Shown one piece after another: positions 57,879-64,000 of a stretch of 64,000 nt of DNA. Origin of the DNA: Paraphysomonas bandaiensis (Eukaryota; Protista; Chrysophyceae); contig CBFFRP010000297.1 in NCBI GenBank assembly GCA_965644295.1, forward strand, positions 930,001 to 994,000, given 5' to 3'. The position numbers and the translations under genes are program-made. The first letter of the stretch is position 1. Every line of letters starts with the position of its first letter. The notes under the pieces were generated by a model. That model saw nothing but the letters and a program-made list of their open reading frames with translations, was not told where the DNA came from and made no database searches.

Positions 57879-58933
57879 ATGAATGCTTTGATTGATAAAT
57901 ATGGGATCGATGAAACATTGACAAGACCCCTAAAGAAATCAAAAGGTAAAAAGAAGAAGTATAATAGAATTAAGGATAATATTCCATTGAAGGAGGATTA
58001 CAACTTCATGGCTGATGTATTGCACTTGCCAAAGGATAAAAAAGGGTATAGGTACTTGTTAGTTGTGGTGGATTTAGCAACAAATGAATTTGATATGGAA
58101 CCAATGAAAACAGAAGATAGCGAGGAAACATATTATCGGCAATGAAAGCTATATTTAAACGTAAGCATATCAACAAGCCATACGCATCAATAAGGACAGA
58201 TGGTGGTGCTTCATTTAAGAAAAAGGTTCATAAGTACTTAGTTGGGGAGGATATTTTACACAAAACTGGAGTGGCTGGTCGGCATACTCAGAGTAGTGCA
58301 GTGGAGAGTTTGAATAGAACATTGGGTAGATTTTTTAATGGATATATGAATTCTGTAGAATTAGAAACTGGGAAAGTATATCGAGAATGGACGGATATCG
58401 TTGACAGGTTGAGAATAGATTTAAATAAACTTCGCAAGATAGATATTTCACACAATGATCCAGCAAGTGATTTAAAAGCGGTACCAGATATTACTGAACC
58501 TTCTAAATTGAAGGTAGGCGATCTGGTTCACAGAAAATTAGATAAACCCAAAAACGCACTCAATGAAACTCTTAATTCGGACGTGTTCAGAGAAGGCGAT
58601 TTTAGATGGGATCCTATACCTGTCAAGATTACAGAAGTCTTATTCTATGGAGGTGATGTGACATACAGATATATGTTAAGTGGTATTAAAAATGCATCTT
58701 TTACAGAAGATGAACTTTTATTAGCAGAAGATCAAGAAGAAGATGAACAGATTGAAATTAAAAAGATTCTTGATAGAAGATTCTTTGATGGTGAAGATCA
58801 TTACCATGTATGGATGTATGGGGAACTAAAGAAAGATGCTGGATGGTACGCGAAGAGTGATTTAATTAAAACTGGTAATAAGAAGCTATTACAAGATTAC
58901 GATAAAGAATTTAATAAAAAGACAAAGGTTTAA
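57879..58933 (+). pseudogene. Retroviral-type (rve, DDE) integrase with C-terminal chromodomain, split by a frameshift at ~58130
   Basis: ADVLHLP..YLLVVVD in ORF 57879-58145; IRTDGG..F, AVESLNRTL, LKVGDLV and IKKILDRR..YHVWMYG..W in ORF 58142-58933. Removing one TA from ACATATTATCG fuses the two frames. Confidence 0.88.
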
Positions 58934-60117
58934 TCTAAATGTGTATACCCGTTTGCATGTCTCCATTCAATATTACCAGATGTTTTATCTTCTCGTAATA
59001 AATTTGGTATATCTAATTTTGGATCAACCTTGAAAGTAACATTATCCGTATGAATTCTTATCACGTTATCAATATCTTTCAATGCAACTTTAGCAATTGT
59101 GTTTCTAGTTAGGGCCATTAAGAAAGCTTTAATTCTTATTTGATATGAATACGGATTTTCTGTATCTAGAAGTGTATAATAATCTTTTTCTCCATCATGT
59201 TCAACTTTGTGGACAACCCATTTATGTTTTGGAAGTGTACCCCAATCATAACCCTGATCTATTAAATCTTGTTCAGTTTTGCACATTCTATTTCGTTTTG
59301 TAAGATTTCCCCATAGAGATGAGGTGATATGTTTGATTAATTTATTTTTTGGAAAAGCTTCTTTGATAGCAAATAGTTTATCAAACCAAGTTCTGAATAT
59401 ATCATTGCATGAAACCAAATCTTTCTTTTTGTATAAGTATGCGTTTGGCTTGCCATCTTGAAATAATTCAATTTCCACATTAAATTGTTTTTTGTATTTT
59501 AGTGCTTGCTGTAGTGACGAATGTGTATATATATTTCGCGGAGAAAATGCAAATATCTTTCGGAAGTTATTATCATTGCATGTTATTTTTACTCTGTAAT
59601 AACCTGTTTTAAGCTTACGTCTTTTCTTTAATTTCTTTAGAATCTTTTCTTTGCCTGGTTTATTAGGAATCATCATATCACCATAAGCTAATAATCTAGG
59701 GAAAAAACTTGAATAATCATATCCAAATGATTCATATGTACCTGGATCACAAAATGTTAAACCACCATTGAAACAAGCATCAATCCATTTGTTTTCAGTT
59801 TTACCAATCTTCTCATGATCTTCCCATTTGCCTTTACATAATCGTTGAAATGTAAGTTTGACAGCGTTCTCATGAGTCCAATACTTTTTGTAATCAATAC
59901 TAAGAATTTTTAGTTGATTAAATCTAAGTTCTCTACACCATGCTCGAAAATCTTTTGCATATTTCTTGATACCTTCATCAGAACAGTCATATCCTTTGAA
60001 CAAATAATATCGATACTCTAGTTTACAAACTTCTTTGAGTGGCATATCAGACCATGTGTATGGATCGGTGCACATTACTCTATATGTGCCATCAGGTTTT
60101 TTATAGTAAAAATTCAT
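58930..60117 (-). CDS. Minimal family B DNA polymerase (pPolB-related) with no recognisable exonuclease domain
   Basis: FNGG, motif A YDYSSFFP, motif B KHITSSLWG and motif C IHTDNV in only 395 aa. Confidence 0.82.
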   Translation of the reverse strand: MNFYYKKPDGTYRVMCTDPYTWSDMPLKEVCKLEYRYYLFKGYDCSDEGIKKYAKDFRAWCRELRFNQLKILSIDYKKYWTHENAVKLTFQRLCKGKWEDHEKIGKTENKWIDACFNGGLTFCDPGTYESFGYDYSSFFPRLLAYGDMMIPNKPGKEKILKKLKKRRKLKTGYYRVKITCNDNNFRKIFAFSPRNIYTHSSLQQALKYKKQFNVEIELFQDGKPNAYLYKKKDLVSCNDIFRTWFDKLFAIKEAFPKNKLIKHITSSLWGNLTKRNRMCKTEQDLIDQGYDWGTLPKHKWVVHKVEHDGEKDYYTLLDTENPYSYQIRIKAFLMALTRNTIAKVALKDIDNVIRIHTDNVTFKVDPKLDIPNLLREDKTSGNIEWRHANGYTHLD

Positions 60118-60179
60118 TCTAATTATTATATATTTATTATAGATAATTATTTCTTAAGTGTTTTTTATATGCGTTTCAA

Positions 60180-60599
60180 TTAAAAGAAATTATCATCATC
60201 AGAATCAATATCGTCGTCTGGAATAAAGAACATTAGTTGAATTTGATAAAAGTTTTTGAATTTATTAATATCTCCACCATCTTTAACAAAGGACTCATAG
60301 TAATCATCCATATCATCATCGTCTTTAATTTCAGAATTGTATCCTTTAAGTGTATGCATCTTTTCAATGTTCTGAGCTCTGACAACAAATTTAGTACCGG
60401 CTTTTGTTGAGGGGTCTTTCTCTATTGCTGATACCATACCTCTGATATCATCTAAAGTAATTTTGGCTTTTTTATCTTTTCTATATATTTGTATTGTTTT
60501 CCTTTCACCATCTGGTATCTTTTTTGAATCTATTACCTTCTTATTGTAAACAGACTTTGCTTTGGACTGCTTAGATTTTACAGACTTCTTTTTAACCAT
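60180..60599 (-). CDS. Hypothetical viral protein in the replication module
   Basis: 139 aa with a basic N-terminus and acidic C-terminus, between the helicase and PolB genes. Confidence 0.65.
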   Translation of the reverse strand: MVKKKSVKSKQSKAKSVYNKKVIDSKKIPDGERKTIQIYRKDKKAKITLDDIRGMVSAIEKDPSTKAGTKFVVRAQNIEKMHTLKGYNSEIKDDDDMDDYYESFVKDGGDINKFKNFYQIQLMFFIPDDDIDSDDDNFF

Positions 60600-60643
60600 T
60601 ATATAATTATATACTATATAATAATTCCTTAAGTAAATTTTAA

Positions 60644-62374
60644 TTATAATAAATTTAATATATCATTAATATCATCTTTGGTAAAACTTGTATCTTCCGG
60701 TTGTATGAATATATTCTTTTTGAATGTTGGTGGGATAGAATCGCATTCATCATCAGACTCGTATTCATAAGTTACCTTTCTAACTTTTTTATGTTTAGAT
60801 GGATTGCATTGTTGTGCTTCTTGAAGTTGCTGTTTGAGGCTTTCAATTTCTGCTTTAGCATCATCTAGTTTATTTTCTAATTGTACCATATAATCAGTGA
60901 TATGATTTTCTTTAACACCATTTCCAACTAGCTTCTTAATTTTCAATTTAATATGTGTAAAGCATCCTCGTACGCCATCAACCCGTGAACTTGGGTTGTA
61001 GATTAAACCTTTGTCTTTTAAAGAAGTTATTATTTGAACCATAGATAAATGCTTATCTGGATACGCCTTTTTAAAATACATTTCCATATCAGATTTGCTT
61101 ATTCTATCACTTGATTTATCTGACTGACAAAAATGGCCATCTACAAAATCTTGCATAACATCATTTGTGTTCAATACTGAATCTTTTGTTTCGGTAAAGT
61201 TTTTATTGAACTTTGGTTTTTCTCCTTTAGACCACTTGTAACAATATTTTGCCAAAATATCAAACCATGCGTTTAAGAGACCACCCTTGACTATCTTATC
61301 CAATAAATATTTATCTTTGAGATAAATGTGATTTGATTCATCCACTTCATTGGGTTTATCCACAAATGTGCTTCCATGGGTATAACCTCTAAATCTTCTG
61401 ACAACACCAGTATCAACTTTAATACCTATCATAGTATTAGCAGTGATGAAAGGTTTTGAGTTGTGAGTAATATCGTGAGATTCATCTTCATATAATTTAG
61501 TAGTTTGCAATTTACCTTCACAGAACTTTTTAAACAGTGTTTCATCAATCTTGACATCTTTGATTTCGTTTATCCAAGTAATTCTTATTTGAGGATTGTT
61601 AGCAAAAGTATTTAAGATCTTGTCAATTTTACTGTTGTTCTGACTGAATGTATCGTTTTTGAGTTCCTTGAAATAACATTCGAATGCTTTCTGTGATAAT
61701 TCCATTATGAAAGATTTTCCCGCAGAAGCTTTTCCTAAGAGAAACAATGTATCTTGATCAACATTAGACTTACCACTAAGGGAAGATCCAAGAGTTAGAA
61801 GTACACATTTCATATCTTCATTATCGGGGTAAATCTTTCTAATATGTGCCATCATCTCTTCTCTCTCTTCTTCGGATGATTTAACGTAATCTCTGTGTAT
61901 ATATTGAGTTATGTAATGCTGGTGTAATTTTCTTTGCCTAAATTTCTTGTGTAGAAGATCATAGTAACCATTGTTAAAATGTATCTCATATGGAGTATCA
62001 TTAAATAGTACATCGTTCGTATCTAGCATGGTAATAATTTGATTATAATACGTTTCAACCATTGCATTTTGAAACATCTTAGGGAATGTTTTAACATTTT
62101 TGTATTTCAACAGTTGTTGCTGATCCTCACTTAAAGCTTGGTAAGACTTTTGTATATAACTTGTGATTATTGTCATTAGTTTTGCTTTGCTCATGCTCAA
62201 TGGCAATGCGGTGTAAGTTAAGTTATTATTAATGATGTACAATAAATGTTTACTGATAAAGCAATAATTCCGAAGTCCTTTGACTATAGTGGAAGCTTTG
62301 TCGTTGGGGTATTGAGAGGTTGCAAGAAGATCTATATCATCTGAGTTCATTAAATCGGAATTCTTAAAATTCAT
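60644..62374 (-). CDS. Superfamily 3 (D5-like) helicase
   Basis: D5_N-like IHFNNGYYDL, Walker A GKASAGKS, Walker B WINE and motif C ITAN. ATG at 62374. No primase motifs recognised. Confidence 0.88.
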   Translation of the reverse strand: MNFKNSDLMNSDDIDLLATSQYPNDKASTIVKGLRNYCFISKHLLYIINNNLTYTALPLSMSKAKLMTIITSYIQKSYQALSEDQQQLLKYKNVKTFPKMFQNAMVETYYNQIITMLDTNDVLFNDTPYEIHFNNGYYDLLHKKFRQRKLHQHYITQYIHRDYVKSSEEEREEMMAHIRKIYPDNEDMKCVLLTLGSSLSGKSNVDQDTLFLLGKASAGKSFIMELSQKAFECYFKELKNDTFSQNNSKIDKILNTFANNPQIRITWINEIKDVKIDETLFKKFCEGKLQTTKLYEDESHDITHNSKPFITANTMIGIKVDTGVVRRFRGYTHGSTFVDKPNEVDESNHIYLKDKYLLDKIVKGGLLNAWFDILAKYCYKWSKGEKPKFNKNFTETKDSVLNTNDVMQDFVDGHFCQSDKSSDRISKSDMEMYFKKAYPDKHLSMVQIITSLKDKGLIYNPSSRVDGVRGCFTHIKLKIKKLVGNGVKENHITDYMVQLENKLDDAKAEIESLKQQLQEAQQCNPSKHKKVRKVTYEYESDDECDSIPPTFKKNIFIQPEDTSFTKDDINDILNLL

Positions 62375-62378
62375 TTCG

Positions 62379-62875
62379 TTTATAATATTATATATCAAAT
62401 TATCTTTAAGTGTTTTTAATTGCTTTTTAAATTAAAATAAATAAAATGAAAAATAATTCTTTAAACCATTTCATATAACAATAGTATTTAAAGAGAAGAT
62501 TTGTATAGATAGTGTTGGTGCAGTAGCTAGTATGTTTATAGTATGTGTGCATAGTGTGGCGATGGGATATATACACGCTACTGCTATTGATGGTGATGAA
62601 GTAAATGGCATTTTTGGCATGACATAATATTGTTTTTTTCTTTAATCTCGAATTATAATTTTAGTTCTTATAATTTTATTTGAAATGCCAATGCCAAAAT
62701 GTCAAATTAATAATAATAATAATAATTTATGGATTTATTTAAGAAAGTATAGAAATATGGAATTATTTAAAATAGATATAGAAATATGGATTAATTAAGA
62801 AAGTATAGAAATATGGAATTATTTAAAATGAAGCCATATGCCGAGCGGAGCGGCCATCATCATCACTATTTTTTT
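62379..62875 (-). repeat. Right terminal inverted repeat
   Basis: Reverse complement of 45708-46206. Confidence 0.97.
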
Positions 62876-62881
62876 TTCCAA

Positions 62882-62955
62882 GCTCACAATAGTATTGCAC
62901 TCAATATTATGATAGTCAAATACGAAAAGATTCTTAACTCTAGGGCGCATAATGC
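62882..62955 (+). mobile_element. Continuation of the interrupted hAT copy
   Basis: ACAATAGTATTGCACTCAATATTATGATAGTCA..AGATTCTTAACTCTAGGGCGCA aligns with ~23912-23985. Confidence 0.8.
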
Positions 62956-63640
62956 ATAATATACGTCCATGTACATAAATATCCCTAAAAATAAGGAAAA
63001 AGCCTATTTCTTATATATAAAAAGGTTAGCAAAATGGGCTCGCTTCCCCCGTTTATCATAGTCTGCTGTACTCCATGCGCTCTCAGAATCTCAGAATTAA
63101 TGCAAGGTCTTATATAGCCTAATTATAAGTGTGACGTATGTCACAACGTTAAATTCATGCAGTACAGTTTCCGGTTGGATAAGTCATAAGTCCATTATTT
63201 CTCATTTTAATAGCGGAGACTTAACTCAACACTCAACCCTAAACAACAGCAGTATAGGCAACAATGTTGTTGCAAGGAAATAATGGTATGTACGGTCGCT
63301 CCATTTCCCTCCTAGCGTCTGAATATACTAGTCGTATTCATTGTAAGCCTATATACTATGTAGATATATAGAACATTGATTGCACTAAAGCGATATGAAT
63401 ACTTAATAGAATAACAGCACAGTCAAGTATGCAGTACATGCATCTACTACTGGCAAGACAGTTTGTGATGACAATAAATACTAAGTTTCGAGCTAGAGAA
63501 CATTATTCAAATGTATCTAGCTACTAAACTGACGTCACTGCATCAACGATTAAACGTCACTATAAGTGATGCAATTCGCTAAAAACATTTGTGATTATAT
63601 CAGCGATAGCAATAGCTAGGTAACGTATTCCCCGTCCTTC

Positions 63641-64000
63641 CTACTCTTCGAGCAGCCAAGCATCGACCTATCACAACGAGACGTCAGAACCTAAAGCACA
63701 CATAAATCAACATCCCAGACCTGGTTCCATATTGCGACGCGAGCCTCACGGATGAATACATCATCTGTTGGCTGTGTCGTGTGTGTCCAGAAGTGGTGGG
63801 AAGCGGCCTGCACCCAAAGTGTAGGCTCCTCAGCATTAGGAGCGGAGAGGACACCCAGAGCGTGCCATGGGTCGATCTGACCATTCGGGTACATTACACG
63901 CGTGGCCTGGACATGGCTACCGCCGTACATAGCATTCGTGTACTCAATTTGTCGGTTCACTGTGTCCGCGTCGATGTCAAAGGCTGTCAAGCAAATGTCA
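63641..64000 (-). CDS. Serine peptidase family S28, 3' part (gene continues beyond the window)
   Basis: TNAMYGG, NGQIDPWH and ASHH motifs; last intron 63668-63720 and terminal exon VDAWLLEE*. Confidence 0.88.

Larger units (their letters stand above)
45708..62875. mobile_element. Complete endogenous Polinton-like virus (~17.2 kb)
   Basis: ~500-bp TIRs; TSD TTCCAA (45702-45707 and 62876-62881, exact length blurred by A/T homopolymers). Intronless, AT-rich and gene-dense, with MCP, penton, A32 ATPase, PolB, SF3 helicase and rve integrase. Confidence 0.95.

Noticed and set aside
45708-62875. Classification as a virophage (mavirus-like) or canonical Maverick/Polinton
   Set aside because: No maturation cysteine protease was recognised, the MCP size and motifs look PLV-like, and the PolB is far shorter than in Mavericks. 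A phylogeny is still needed.
45708-62875. Contaminant contig or bacterial prophage
   Set aside because: The TSD and the collinear hAT flanks indicate integration in the host chromosome, and the gene set is that of a eukaryotic virus.

Overview
Eukaryotic genomic DNA with short (~50 bp) GT-AG introns and TA/CA microsatellites. A stramenopile-like protist host is my inference, not something the sequence proves. Positions 1-45,700 hold host genes: RNA Pol III subunit C11, an intronless secreted protein with bacterial-like domains, an NYN/LOTUS (MARF1-like) protein, delta-COP, RPL13, a PDZ-domain gene with an inverted pseudogene copy, an F-box/ankyrin-like repeat gene, a mitochondrial-type phosphagen kinase and a halide/thiol methyltransferase. 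Between them lie a non-autonomous hAT element, a MITE, a probable truncated LINE and a dispersed ~150-bp repeat. The first intron of delta-COP is 5.7 kb long and is mostly a 23-bp satellite. The main feature is a complete ~17.2-kb endogenous Polinton-like virus (45708-62875). It has ~500-bp near-identical terminal inverted repeats and a TTCCAA target-site duplication, and it sits inside a hAT-family copy whose uninterrupted relative is also in this window. It encodes a double jelly-roll major capsid protein, a penton plus three extra penton-like domains, a fibre, an A32-like packaging ATPase, a GIY-YIG nuclease, a frameshifted rve integrase with chromodomain, an SF3 helicase and a very short exonuclease-less PolB with an HTD motif C. 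The window ends in the 3' part of a host S28 peptidase gene. All calls come from motif recognition by eye; no database searches were run.
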